Position numbers and translations under genes: made by a program. From contig NMRA01000039.1 in NCBI GenBank assembly GCA_002633005.1, positions 1,158,335 through 1,222,334 of the forward strand: a stretch of 64,000 nt of DNA. Direction: 5' to 3'. Shown here in pieces: positions 26,779 to 41,000 of this stretch (positions are counted from its first letter, which is position 1; each line of letters begins with the position of its first letter). Origin of the DNA: Phoronis australis (taxonomy: Eukaryota; Animalia; Phoronida). Below the pieces are notes generated by a model that saw only the letters and a program-made list of their open reading frames with translations, had not been told where the DNA came from and ran no database searches.

Positions 26779-29700
26779 ACTGGCCGACAACAGACTTTTT
26801 GTGAAATGATGGCCAATCGGTCTTGGTTCCTGCGCCGTATTCTTGATTAGTTCAGTTTGTAATTAAGAGTAACGAATGTGCTGACCTGAGCAGCAGTGAG
26901 GTTAATGTGGAGCAAATCCAAGTAGATTTACCAATTTATAACCATACATGCGGCTTTTGTGGAGATTATGTAAATTTTGCTGTCAAGGAGTTGATCAGTA
27001 TGCGTATCAACCTAAAAGGCCCTCCACTGCAGTAAAAATTATTCATTTTGGGACGCAAATAATTAATAAATTGCCGTATTTCTGCTTTTCAGAGGCTTAC
27101 TTCATTACTGCAGAAGCTTAAAATTTTACCCAATGTTTTGTTATAGCTATGCCATACAAATCGTGCTAAAAGCAAAGTAAATTTTCCTGAATTGTTGTTT
27201 TTATAGAGAAATTTGACAAAATGAAATTTCACCTGTCCACATTGTGTCCCAAACTGAAGAATTTTTACAGTAACTGAATGACCTGGTAAAGGTGCATTTT
27301 GAAATGCATCATTGCGTTGTTCATCACCTCCACTTTAAAAATGGTAACTACGGTATGTCCTATGCTCACCTAGGTAACAGGCACATAATTATACGTATCT
27401 AATCATACTATAAATACTTTGAAGGAGTCTCTTAATATGTGCAAGTGTGGAGTGCATTTGATTAAATGAAACGATGAACACACATCTCTTGTTTTGTGTT
27501 AATAGCTAACTTTCGAAATAGCCGCGCCATATTGAATTGCACTACCCGCCAGACGGCGATTAGGTCTTTGGTGGACAGGCATTCAGCGCCACCTACAGGT
27601 CCCATGTAGTGCGGATGGGAGGTTTCAACTTACTGGTAAAAACAGCGTTTTGATACCTTTTCTGCTATCACTATCCTAGCAAGTTTCCTTGATTGGCTTG
27701 CACAATAAGGCAAACTTGTTGAAATATTCATGGATGCAGGATAACATGTTCCATACATTTCCTACTTTAAAGTAGGTTCCACACCCTTTGAAGTCCGTAG
27801 CTGCGACTCAAAAACTCAAAAAGCGAGAGAAATTCGATCCCAACAGATATCAGTATGTTAAAGTAAAATAATGAACAATGGGAGGGACCGACTCTGTTTT
27901 TACATTAATGAACCGCTGTGTAGTAATTGAATTTCTGTCTACCAAATCTCAAAGTTGGGATCAACTGTGAGTTGCTTTCACGCTCTCAATACTCTAGAGA
28001 GTGCCAATATGAAAAGTCCCTTTTCACCCAGTGTCCTTGAGGAGAAGCTTGGCCATTGGCAGGAAAGTGTGATGTATGCTGTTAGCTAATGGGTTGTGGA
28101 GTGCGTAGGGCTGCCAAGGTGGAGTGCATAAGTCTGCCAACGACAACGTTGGTCTCTGTTTTCCTTAGTTTCACTCATTTGAGATAACATTTAACTTGTG
28201 GTCTGTCATTAGCCTTTTAATGTTGTGCGCCTGTTTCTACCATTTGAACAATTTGTCTAGCACTCACTTATCTGGTGGTTGTTAGATGGTCCGTGCCTTG
28301 CACTAGGTTTGTGGCTCTGGAATTACATTTACAAAGTGGTTTGAATAACGATTTCATTTAAATGTCTTTAAACTGGAACAAAAGTGATTGGCAAAATTTC
28401 CAATATTTTTGTTCAAAGTTATGTGTTTTTTCATAACAAATGTGCAACAAAAGCTGTTTAAATAGTGAAGTAAAGTTTTCTTCTTGGCTATTTTTGTAAA
28501 AAATTGATTGTCGCTGTTTTGACATAGTTGTGCTCTAAGTTGAATAAGAAACTTTACTATAGTGGTCAGTTTACTGCATTGGAACAAAACGAAACATTGA
28601 TATGTAGGCCAACCCCATTACTGAAAGTGGGCCTTCACAAGGTCTTAAAAACGTAAAAACGAGGAATAGTGTTTTAAGAGAGTCATTTCAGTCTTTGTTT
28701 TGTTCTGGAATGTGGGACTTAGTTTTGAAATTGTTCAATCCTGAAACCTGTGTCTAGGATATGAGGAGCACAGGTTTTGTTGGAACACTGTCCGAGAGCT
28801 ATTGCTTGACTGGTACTGCAGCCTGTGTTTGCCCACTGCTGAGGCCTTGCTTGGGAACTCTGTCATAAGCCAGATTTGTTGAAAGCTCTGATGAGGCGTG
28901 GGACAAGAAATGCTAACCTTACTATGCTGCTTCATTAGGATAGTCTGTGGCACATGGGACTTCTGTCATGACTTAGAAATCCAACCTAATGCTGTAACTG
29001 GGCAACCTTCAACATTGGTAACAGAGAAGATACCAAATGAAGAAAAATCTGTCTGAAGCAATACTTCTCTTAGAGATACCACAAAGCCAAATTTGCCAGT
29101 GAGATACTACCTTAGACAGCAAAGCAGCCACCGAACATGATACCGCAAGACCGTAATACCCACCCCTAGCCGATACCTGAGGGGATAGAATGCCCAACTG
29201 CCTTGTCGACATGTCCTTTTTAAAAGGATAGTTCCCTTCTTCAGGGCTTCTGTATGATGTTATTTGTTTCTATTGTAATTGTAGGTGGCATGGCCACAGG
29301 TGTTCCATTATATTAGTCCTCAATCTAATAATGAAAGTACTTTTGTAGAGCCAGTACTTAATATAGTCAAAACGTGTGCGCCTGACGTCATTGGTGGAAA
29401 ACAGGGCGGAATGCGTCATCCAGGTGTTGCCGTTGATGGCAATGTCGTCACAATGCTGGCTGTTTTTTTTTTGGCACATCATTTCATTCTCATTTGGAAG
29501 ATAAACAACTTGTAGTGTTGTTCAAGTAAAGTGATACTTAGCAGAGCAGATCACTGACTCCACCTACTGGGCTAATTCTCCGCTTAAATTGCACAAAAGT
29601 AATTACGGAATTTGTTTTTTCATTTTTCAAAGGCTTGAGACCATTGCTGCAAATAGTGGAAGTTTTAACTAATGTTTTTTTTGATATCTATGCAGTACAA

Positions 29701-31920
29701 ACCATGATACTAATAGACTAAAGTTTCCTTAATCTTTACTTTAGTGGAGAAATTTGACGAAGTGGAATTTCACTTGTCGACCATACTGCGTTTCAAGTAA
29801 TTTTTTAATTACCGTATATTCAATAAGTAATCCACATTTGGAAGGTGCAAGATTGAGCCATCATGGAAATGTAATGATAGCAATACGACACGATAAATAA
29901 GGGAAGGTTATTATTTTGTTTATTAATTACTTTTATACAAAAGTAAGATTTCTACTTTGTTATGAGCGCAACTTTTACTGCTCCAGACGGTGTCTTCAAA
30001 CAACTTTCTATTAGATTTAGGAAATTTGTTAGCCGTGCAATCAGTCATTCGTAAAAGGAAGAATGGACATTTTGTTAATAGTTTTTGTTCGAAATAACGG
30101 GACAGTTGCCGCCGTAGTTTGTTGTTCATGTTTGGACGTTGAATGGCGAGATAACTGGTAACGTCAGCAGGCTTGATGTCGGCGATTGGCTGGCAGGTTA
30201 CGGCGAGATTTTATGATTGGCTCCCAGGTTAGGGCGGGAATTGATGATTTGTAATAAAATCACAAAAAACAACAGGTTCCATTGTTAAGTAGTGCTTGTC
30301 AAAGGTAAGAACTTGAAGAAGTCTGTCTCATCTAACAATGATCACAAAAATGCAATTCTTAACCTTAAAACCGATTTGTGTCCTTTTTAGAAAAGTATTT
30401 TGTGGAATGAAATATTCATATCAAAGATTTTTAATAACAACCTACGATTTGGTATCAGATGGCGGAGCATAGCTATTGATTTCACTTAGACACTTAAAAT
30501 AATTATTTCATTAATATCTGTGGGCAACATTACCAGATGCAGAGAATGGAAATGGGATTGCACTATTGTTTTGTAAATGTCTGTATGTATGTGTGTTCGC
30601 ATTTGTACGTCTTTGTGTGTGTATGTTTGTATGCGCGTATGTATGTATGTATTCTTTTCGTGTGATAATAGGTCATGTGACCAATTGTTGTGTGAGTAAC
30701 ACTGTAGCTTTGTCACAGGCAACGTTCATAAGTTACGTAATTTGAATGCAGTTGGATATAGGCAAAGGTTACTCCTAAATGACATGATTTTTATGTGCCC
30801 ACATATTTATATGTGGACGCATTATTTAAGATGAGCAGTATGTAAAATGCGGTCATCGTTGTTAAATGACGCTGAAGTTTTTATGAAGTTAATGCTTGAA
30901 TCATCCAGCTACTTGACGTATTTGAATTTAAGTGACATCTTGCAGTTGATCAAGCGTGTTCCGCGTTCTAAATTGAAGAAGGCAAATGAAATATGGATAG
31001 ATTTGATCAATTATTTGACAACTGTAGAACAGTCCTTAGCCATTAGGTTGGCTGTTCTCAGTCAGTCTGTGTAATGGTGATTGTAGCTCTTCAACTGACA
31101 GGCTATAATAGCTTTAATGATTTCCTGTGTACTAAGGGATTAAGGAGATGTGCTGTAGATACTGAGCCAAAGGTAATATCTGACATTCAGGCTCTGTGTT
31201 TATGTAGGTATTTTAGTCTTGGGTGTCCTTGTGTGCTGCCTGTGAGTGTGTTTTTGGTTCTGGCCAGTGAAATTGACTGCCTTCGTAAGGCTGATGATTA
31301 GGAGTGAGTTCTACTTGGCAGTGGGCGACGCTCGGCCACACCTTAATACCTGTATGAAAGGTGTCTTTTTTGTTGAGATGGAATGTCATGGAGATGATTT
31401 GTTTGGAAATGTGACGACTTACCTGCAGATGGCGGCACATGTCATCTCGTGTGGCATTTTTGCCGAGCTGTTCATGAAAGCTAACCTGTTGCTGCCAACA
31501 CTCTACAAAATGATGAAATGACTGGCGCAAGAAACATGAGTTAATTGATGGAGCTCAGTCATCTTGATCATATAATGTAGATATAACACAATTTTTCTTG
31601 TACTGTCGTAATACTGAACCAGTCTGTCGCTGATGGCAGCTAGTGGTCATCTTTAGACTGACCATGATATCTACTCACTATCCAAACCATACATACCTTT
31701 CATTTCATGCTTCCATTCTGTTATACACCATCTCAACTGGTTTGCTGTGTTACCTCACAGATGGCATTAGTCACTGGCAGGGGTCCCACCCGTATTTCAA
31801 GACCCAGTTTGATGCCTGTTATTCATCAGAGAAAACTGGTTTTGAAATGTGTCTCACCTTCTCACATCTTAGTCCCCTTCCATAGCAAGTCATTTCAATT
31901 TCACATTTGTCTGTTGACAG

Positions 31921-32037
31921 GGTTCACTGGATTCCAACTATAGCCAGCCTTCTTCTGATCTGTCACTAGACGAAGAGCGGGAGGCTCTACGGCGGGAGAC
32001 CGAACGGCAGGCTCTAGAACAAATAGAAAAGGCCAGG
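31921..32037 (+). CDS. CACNB: Cav-beta core exon A ([39 protein letters not shown])
   Basis: ttgacag| acceptor, |gtgcgt donor, 117 nt, phase 0-0; homologous to the conserved GSADS...ERQA helix preceding the SH3 domain. Confidence 0.95.
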
Positions 32038-35000
32038 GTGCGTATTCTGACGTTGCACTTCCCATTTTAAGGATTGGCTGAAAACGTGACTCAGCTGTTG
32101 TGGTGTGAATGAGAGTTATGAAATTTTCGTCGTTGTGTGCAGCTGTGAAAAGCCTGTGAAGATGTGAAATCCCATCTCTGCATTGTGAATGAGAGTTTTG
32201 AAATTTTCACCGTTGTGTGCGGCTGTGAAAAAAGCCTGTGAACATGTGAAATCCCGAGTCTGCATTGAAACTTACTGCAATAAATGATAAGAGTATGGCA
32301 TTGAAGTATTTTAAATAGGAATTTTTGTTTAGATATGCCTCTTGCCTGAGGTTGGTTTCTCACTTCTTCAGTGAGACTGTGATGTGTCGGACAAAATTGA
32401 TTGTCAAAATTGCCATTTTTCTTGGGCTTCTAACATGTCTTGTGAATGCCCGCAACTTTTCAAAACATCGTCTAGTGGTAGCTTGGGAAAAGAACTTGTA
32501 CATGGTGAAGCATTAATTTGGTGCAAGATATCTTTCTTGGAAAAATATGAAACTATAATTCACTTGTCCACTGTATTGCATTTTAAATTGGCGAGACTTT
32601 ACTGTATAGCCAACTGAAGGCTATTATTCTGTTTACTGGCCTCAACGGACAAGAACATTGCTATGCATGGACTCAGACCTGCACTCAAATTCATTTACAG
32701 GATAAATGTCATTGTAGCTACATACCGCCGAACCCAGGATACATTTTTCCTGTAATAGTTTGATCTCTAATCATACAGTGCTCGATTTCCGCCTCGGCCT
32801 TTGCAGGCTTGGAATATAATCAATAATTTAAACTCAGCTGCCAGCTAGCAATGATCGAGTTTCATACTACCCAGTCATTTCCCTGTGACCCTTACTTTTC
32901 GTTCATGCTATTGTCTGGTACTTTTAAGCTTGTTTTTCAAGCTGCGTGCTGCAGTGGCTGGCCATTTTCTGAAACAGGTGTCCCAGTATGACAGCATCAC
33001 CCCTTTTCCTCCCTTAAACTTGCTGTATCATCAAGTTCATTAATCACATGAACGGCACAGCTAGGAACCATTAATCTGACATCAAACAAATCTATACCGT
33101 GTCATCTCCAATTTTGGAGTTATAGCAAAAATTGTCTTTGTTCAAATTTCTTAATGAAATTAAAGTCAGTTATTCTATTTGCATTGTTTGGATTGCACAG
33201 TACAGTTGTCCCTAAACAACCTGTAGAAAATTTTGAGTCTTTGTAGTGCAGAGTAATAGGCCTTCTGATAATGGAAAAGGGCAATTTCAGTCCCTACCCT
33301 GGTTTTTTAGTTGGAGAGTCAGTCCTAGAAACCAGTGGGACGTAACCAGTGGGACGTAACTAGTCTGTTGTCAGCATCACTGGTAGTATTGGTGTTCTTT
33401 TGTAGACGAAAGATGTGGCTTTTGCAGTACGAACAAACATAGCCTACGATGGGACTTCGGACGACGACGTCCCTGTCTCAGGGATGGCTGTCAGCTTTGG
33501 TATAAAAGACTTCCTACATATTAAAGAGGTAATGGTCATAACGTATACAGTTGTTATAATCTGGGGTTGTTGTGTCATTGGTCAGCGCTAGCTAGGTTAA
33601 GTCAAAATCGCAAACTTCAAAGTGGTATTACTCGGGTTAGTAGTGGGGAATCTGTTGAAGCAATCAGATGAATTCCGCTTGCTTCGTGGCTTTGTCATGT
33701 GGAATTTGGACTGCAAGCTTGCCATACTAAAGAAATGAACAATAAAAGTATTCTGCCCAATAACATGAGGCAAAACATTGGTTTTGTGAAGATAGCGTTA
33801 CAGATGACTTGAACTTGTGGCAGGCTCCAGCCACAGTTGGATATCAAGTAAAAAGGCTTTGAATGTGGTGGCCCCTATGAACATTGTTTGATAACGTCAA
33901 ACCCACTGTTTGGTGATGTCATACCCATTGTTGGGTGATGCCCCACCCACTGTTAAATGATGTCACACCCGCTGCCCAATGTTGTTAGACCTGTTGATGA
34001 CACATCACTCTCTGTTTGATGATGTCATATCCATTGTTTACCTCATAAGGCTTACCAACGTATGCTTTATTTTCCTGTTTCGAAAAACAACTTCACAGAA
34101 TTTCTGAAGATAAGCTTTCTGGAGGCATTGCTAAAATAAGTACTGTCTGTTAAAATATTATGTCAATAAAAAGGTACTGAAATCAAATCACCATCACAAC
34201 AGATTTACGCATGCATTTCCCGTGTCTCATTGCAGAAATTTAATAACAATTGGTGGATAGGGCGGTTGGTGAAGGAGGGCTGTGATGTGGGCTTTATACC
34301 GAGCCCTGCCCGCCTCGAAGCCCTGCGCATCCAGCAGAGCAGCACAAGGCCGCAAAAAATATATACAAGGTAGGTAGGCGCTGGCTAGTCTCGTTTGACG
34401 TGTTGAGAAGACCAGCCAAGCACAACGGGTGGGCTGAGTGGGTCAGTCAATGAAGTTGTACGCCCCACCTGCTAATTGTGTCCGTGGTAGAGGAATGGGG
34501 ATTGTGTTCGTCTTAGTACACATTGTTAGGGACCGTGGTCAGATGGTCTTTAGGAAAACCTTGAATGAGTATGCTGAAAATGCATGCACTTGTTTGGCAA
34601 CTCCTTGAATAGTAACAGCTGGTTGTCATGTGATTTCCAGTTCATAGTGACCCTGTGAGTCAGCATGCTCAGAGATTATACATTATCTTGTCAGGTCACG
34701 TCACGCAACATTAGTCATACAAAATCCTCAAATGTCGTATGATTATCAGGGGCCCCTGGTTGCCCTTAGCGATGCATGAATATCGTCATTGGTGTATTAT
34801 CACATAATGCACTTGTCTGAAGCATGTCACAGTTGAGACGTTTAGTTTTTACACTTAGCTATCAGCCCCAGCTGCTGTTGTGCAAAATCTAAGTGTCGCG
34901 CATGGCTTCACTGGCCGATGGTCATGTGGCGAAAGTTAATGATTTGTCGAACATTGCCCAGAAAGTTTATTGGCCAGCATTTGTCAAACATAAAGACGCA

Positions 35001-38000
35001 GAAAGATTATTGGCCGAAGTTCTCATGGGGTTGAAATGGGATTGAACCTGACATGGAAGACTCGCATTCATTATCGACCCGTATGTCGATCTAGATTATT
35101 ACTCATCTTCGGAAAAAATAGTCTTTCCTGGACTTACCTGAGCAACTTCAATTCTTAAACAGAAGTGATTGACTGCTATGTGAGGCCCGGTATTGCTCAA
35201 GTTCTCCTCCTGCCTTTTGTCTCAAGACTGACATGCCACTAGGTGTCTCTCAGAAGCTTGAAGAAGCCGAGAGTGGCCAACAAAAATGTTGCTTTCAGTT
35301 CTAAATAAGTCGAGGAAAGATCTGGTATTTTTGTGTGTCGTTATATAGCCAATGTATGGCCGTTATTTTGTTGCCTACCGTTATTTTGTTGCCTACCTTA
35401 ATCATGTATGGACGGTACTTTGTTGCCTACTGTAATCCTAGTTTTTCCTAGTTCTACATTCTTGGTGGAAGGCCAATGTCAGCTCTGATCCACACTAGTG
35501 ACTTTCATATTTACCAATCATGGGTCAGGCTCAGTTCACAGACGGAGGTGAACTCATTACTTGAGGGCTTCATCACCATGCTTCACTTGGTGTGTGTTCT
35601 GTATACATGTCTGTGGTCAGCTGTAGTCAACCTCTCCAGCATAATCATTGTCCCATAGTGGTAGCATCCATGAAATGTTATGGGTGACTCCTTGTAAATT
35701 GTACAACTGCTCTTTGAGTTATGAGGTTTTGCTTGTGGCCCACAATGGTGGTGGATTGTAGTTCGTCATTAAGAACAATCAATAACCGCAACAGCGTAGG
35801 CTGACAAAATGCCACCCATATCAATTCCCCTCCTCCAAATAAGTGAATGGAATAAAATATCAAAAAGGACAGAAAATACTAGCATTACCCACAGCTCCTC
35901 CAAACTGGCCCAAAGATTTGATCTGTCTGTGGGTTAATAGACCCGTCCTGAAATTGCACAACCCCACTCTCGTGCTAAGGCATTTACCCACAATGCAACA
36001 CACCCGTCAAACTCTTGTCCTGCTTCTTCACATTTGTTATAGTCACTGTCTTGGTGTCCCAGTTATTATCAATTCGTCATTGGAATACACAGACATGCTT
36101 GTATGTATTGCACTTTGAATGGCACTGCTGACACAAAGTGCGTTTGTTGTGTTTCCCTTGTTGATCAACATATGAATGCCTGACATTTGTAATAGTAGGT
36201 CAGTCGTGCAAGTATTTTTTCTACTCCAAACCCAAATTAGCCGAGACCAGTTTGGTAATGGAGTTGTATAAGGTCTATGTCAAAAATTTTGTTAGCAGGC
36301 TTGGCGGATTCTGTGTGTATGTGTCTTTGAAGCTGCCACAGTTGTGCAGTGTGTGCACTAGGAATGTGAGAGGGTAAATAACACAGGTCCCTCTGCGTGG
36401 GCAAACTTCCCGCCTGTTCATAGCTGTCTCTCTGTTCTCTCCCCTCGGGACACAGTTTGATACAATTATACACTGGCCATATGTTGGTTGTTTTGTATCT
36501 AATTAGATTGGTAGACAACTGGCTTTGCCCGTTGCTGGTTCAGCAAACAACTAGCAATTGTGCAGGCCTCGCAGTGTATGTGATGATTTTGAGTTGTCCA
36601 AGATATCATCCAGAGTACTTGGCAGATATTTTTGTAGTTATGACTGTCATTGGGTTGTAGTGGTTTGTCAGGTTTAACTGGTGATTCACACACACTGTCA
36701 TTGGGTTGTAGTGCTTTGTCAGGTTTAACTGGTGCTTCATTACGACTGTCATTGGGTTGTAGTGCTTTGTCAGGTTTAACTGGTGATTCACACACACTGT
36801 CATTGGGTTGTAGTGCTTTGTCAGGTTTAACTGGTGATTCATTACGACTGTCATTGGGTTGTAGTGGTTTGTCAGGTTTAACTGGTGATTCACACACACT
36901 GTGTGGTTTGAGCCTCCTTACAAATGTGTTTAGGTGGTTTACTTGGTGTCAATTAGAGGATTGATATTGATGAAGAAACCTGAGGTTTTTCTTGGAATTA
37001 ATTTTCTTAAGTCACCACGATGGTTCCCTGATGTTTTGGCATGCAATTTGTCGAAGCAAAACCTGTGTTGTACGCATGTGAGATGACCGCTGTTCGCGAA
37101 AGAAATGAGGCACAATGGTGACACACTGTGCACACATCCACCAGGGTAAGGACATAAATAGTGATGCGGTGGCGCTCAGTGACCAACATTGTCCGCAGTT
37201 CTCACATGGACTTAACCACTTATTCACGTGTTATTCACGTTTGATTCCCGCAAATCAACGTGTGCCAGACATTTCAAAATTCTGACTTCGACATAGCGCA
37301 CATTTCCGCACAGTGCACGAAATTTTCACGCTCATTCCCACGGAGATTCTTCATCGCCATGGTGATTTATGGGCCAGTGTGTGTCAGTTAATGACACTAG
37401 TGTAGGGATGGCTTTACTGTTGCAAGCTGAAAACAAAACGACAAGATAATGGCGAGAATATTTATGTTGATAATAATGATAGCAAACCCTCTTAGGCCTT
37501 CCATCTACCATTAGCCTTCCATCTACCATTAGCCTTCCATCTACCATTAGCCTTCCATCTACCATTAGCCTTCCATCTAACATTAGCCTTCCATCTACCG
37601 ATAGCCTTCCATCTACCGTTAGCCTTCCATCTACCATTAGCCTCTGCCAAGTGCCTTTGTCATGCTCATTGTGTTCTTTTATCTTGTTTTTCCAGTAAAA
37701 CAAGTTCGTCGTCAAATATAGACACGCTACTAGGGAACTCTCGCTCTTCAAACTCCAGGGGATCCACTCCTCCCACGCCTGGTGAGTAGCGACACCTGGT
37801 GGCAATCAGCATCAGCTGACTGTTTTCCCAACTCGCTGATTTCAGAAGAAGTTTTGCTGTGGAATTCTGCTGATGGTGACCGAAGAAACGTGTTTTCATG
37901 GATAGGCCTGTAAAATTTCACCAATTTACGACACAACATTTCGGGACAAGTGAAATTTTATTTTCAGATTTCTTCTTTAGATATAAATTAAGTAGTACCA

Positions 38001-41000
38001 AATTAGTGCATGACCATGTTCAAGTTGTGTATTATACCTACCATGAGAAATTTTGAACACTTGTGAAAATGCCTAATAGTGTAAAAACCTATTGAACATT
38101 GAAAAAGGGGAAATGTTGACCATTATTTTTGTGCAAAATTAGTGAGATTTTACCGTATTTACAGTCGAGGTGATGGATATTACCTGACTATGACCTAAAT
38201 ATTCGTCAGAAGACAGAACAACGTGGTCTCATCTTTCCTGAACTATGATATATGTTCTATTATTCCCCTACACTGAACTGTATCCTTAATGCTTTATTAG
38301 GATAGGGCTTTAATGGTATATACACTTGTCTAAAAACTAAAAGATTTATGAGTCGTATGTCCAAAAGACAGTCACTTTAAACCAATACTAGTCACACATA
38401 CTGTTTATGGATCTTCTTGAAAAATTGATGTCATTCATGGAAACCCATACCATCTGATACTGTGTAGAGCAAAAAGTGAGCATGGCGATCTGTTTTTATT
38501 GACAATCCGGACAATGGTGGTCATATCAGTAAGTGTGCACACACCTGGTGTTTGTTTTGCAATGCTGGAATTGTCTTTATTAGTGATTTGTATGGTAATG
38601 AGGTCACAAGCACCTAAGTCACTTTCCCATTAGAGGCAAAACTTCGCTTTTGCTGAAGTCTCAATAAGTGGGAAAGGTTACCCCCGGTAGATAATCTGCA
38701 AGCAAAACTCCACTTAAAATATGGTTTAAAAGCAAAGCTTCGGTAGTCGTTGAAACTTTGGTGTAGTGGAAACATTCAAAGCGAAGCGTCATGGAAATTA
38801 TCGTTGGAGGTTGCAGCAATAATATATGATTACGCGTAAATCGCAAAACGTGTTCTTTGTTATTGCAGCGTAGCCGATGTGCTGATGTGTAGACGGACAT
38901 AAATAAATAAAAGAGCGTATCTGATGATAAATGACACTGATCATTTTCATAAACACTCGTAAATGACAGGGGAACAATTTTCAATTAGCATCGAACCTAC
39001 TAGTCAACATTTGTTTGAGAGTACAAATGAACTGGTTGTCTGTTGTCATAGAGATAACTTCGATCTTGCTGTCTAATCAGAAAGGCAAGTGAAGTTTCAG
39101 CAAAGCTTCGGTAGTGGGAAAGCAACCCTAGTCCTGTATTCGCATTCAGAGGTCAGAGGTTATTGTGAGTGGGTGCAAAAGGGCTTTTGATCCAAGGCCC
39201 AGGGTCTCATCTCCGATTTTAGACTACTCTGACTCAAAATGTAGCATTATTCGAGTACAAATTCAAAGGTGCCGAGCTATTAGTGAAATTTAGAGTCAAG
39301 TTTCAAGGTCAGATATTAGACCAGGAGCCCTGATCTTGGTGCTTTGAATGTAGTTAGTATGAAAGTGCACCTTAAATGTGCAAAGCTTAGGTTGTTGCCT
39401 CTTTAACATGTTTGTTTCATTCTACCTGTGCAGGTGTAGAGGTTGACCATAACGGTCTGGACAGCAATCTTGGCGAGGACAGCGACAGTCTCGGTAACTC
39501 TAAGACGAGTAAAACGAGCATCACGCCACCACCCAGGGAGAAGAGGAAACCGTTCTTCAGGAAGGTGAGCCGCTGCCTCCCATAAACCCACTTGGGTCTT
39601 GGGGGTCTAATGTAATCAAGTCTCTTGACTACTCCAATGTATTTGTAGGAATTTTCTTGATGCTGTTGCAGCGTGAATTTGTAGTGAAATGGCAGCTGGG
39701 CTGGCCCGATTCTCTGCCATTCTTATTAATATTAGAAACCCCAGCGCCATCTATTGACCAGTGTTCCTGTCTTCCCTGAGCTCCTAGCCGATGACGTAGG
39801 GTTCCAGTAGCTACCACGCGCGCTGATCTTGCATGATCACCCATCACGTAGACCCTTCGTGATTACGGCTCTGCTGACCTCTCTTGGTGACCTCTCTTTG
39901 TGACCTCTCTTGGTGACCTTTCATGACTCGTCTAACATGCATGCCATGGTGATGGTCTGTTTTGGGGTGACTCGAGAACAACCTGGATAAAAGCCAGAAA
40001 GATATATGCTGCTGTGAAAGTCACCTTTACATTGATTTGAAGGTCACCTTCACCACAGAAGTTCTAAGTCAAGGTCAAAGTTGCTATTGCGCTTCAGCAG
40101 GATCTTCACACAGACGCCAACGTTTGAAAATCACGGGTGCAAATGTCCTCTTCACAGTACATACCTTGAATTGCAATGTCTGAAGCTTAGGACAGTTTTG
40201 GCTAGTTGCTAAGCACTCGCTATGTCTCGCTGTAAACAGCTTCCTGTCATCAGTCAACTTCCATCCTTACTAACCTATAAATAAATACCCTATCAAATAT
40301 GCATGGCCTCCTGCTTAGAGCATGCCTGTAGCTTGGCATTCAGGTATTGAGCATGGTAGCACACTGACAAAGAGACCAAACGTTTTTGTCGAATGCTAAA
40401 AACGTCACTCAGATGGACCCCTTGGTGGCCAGTGGTGAATTTTATAACAGTAAATGTGATTATTATTGTCTTGTTTTCCAAGTATGATGTAGTCTTTTTA
40501 TCGTAAAATCTCACCATTTTCGGACAAAAATAATAGCCAAAATTCCCCTTTTTTCACTTTCCGTGGCTTCTAACATGCTTGAGAATGAAGCAGTTTTTCA
40601 AAACATTCCCTGGCGATATCTGCAATACAGAATTTATGCATTGTAAAGCATTAATTTGGTGTTGCGTATCTTTCACGGCAAAAATGAAACAATAAAATTT
40701 CACTTGATTGCCAAATTTTGATATTCCTAACTTGGTGAGATTTCCTCGCGGTGTATTGGTGTCGTGTAATGTAGATGCATTGGTGCAGCCAGTTGGTTTT
40801 TCTGGCTGTAAATGAAGTGCCTTAAAGTGACACCTGTTGGAAACCGTTCCCTTATGAGCACTTAACTGGCTGTTCTGAAAACACGTACATTGCGGTTTAA
40901 ATTTTTCTTGAGCTATTAGATGTATTGTGTAGAATGTTGATTTATTTTTGTTATTGCACATTAGCAAATATTCTGTGGGGTATATCTGGAAAGTTCTGTC

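Noticed and set aside
26806-26850. MMANRSWFLRRILD as a basic amphipathic first exon
   Set aside because: It ends in TAG with no convincing in-phase donor.
37332-37805. 157-aa - strand ORF with MVDGRL repeats
   Set aside because: It is the antisense reading of exon D plus the 18-bp minisatellite.
8821-39920. Small local duplications (8821-8875, 13411-13443, 21939-21981, 32100-32265, 33331-33360, 33895-34040, 39875-39920)
   Set aside because: Ordinary slippage-type repeats with no further structure.
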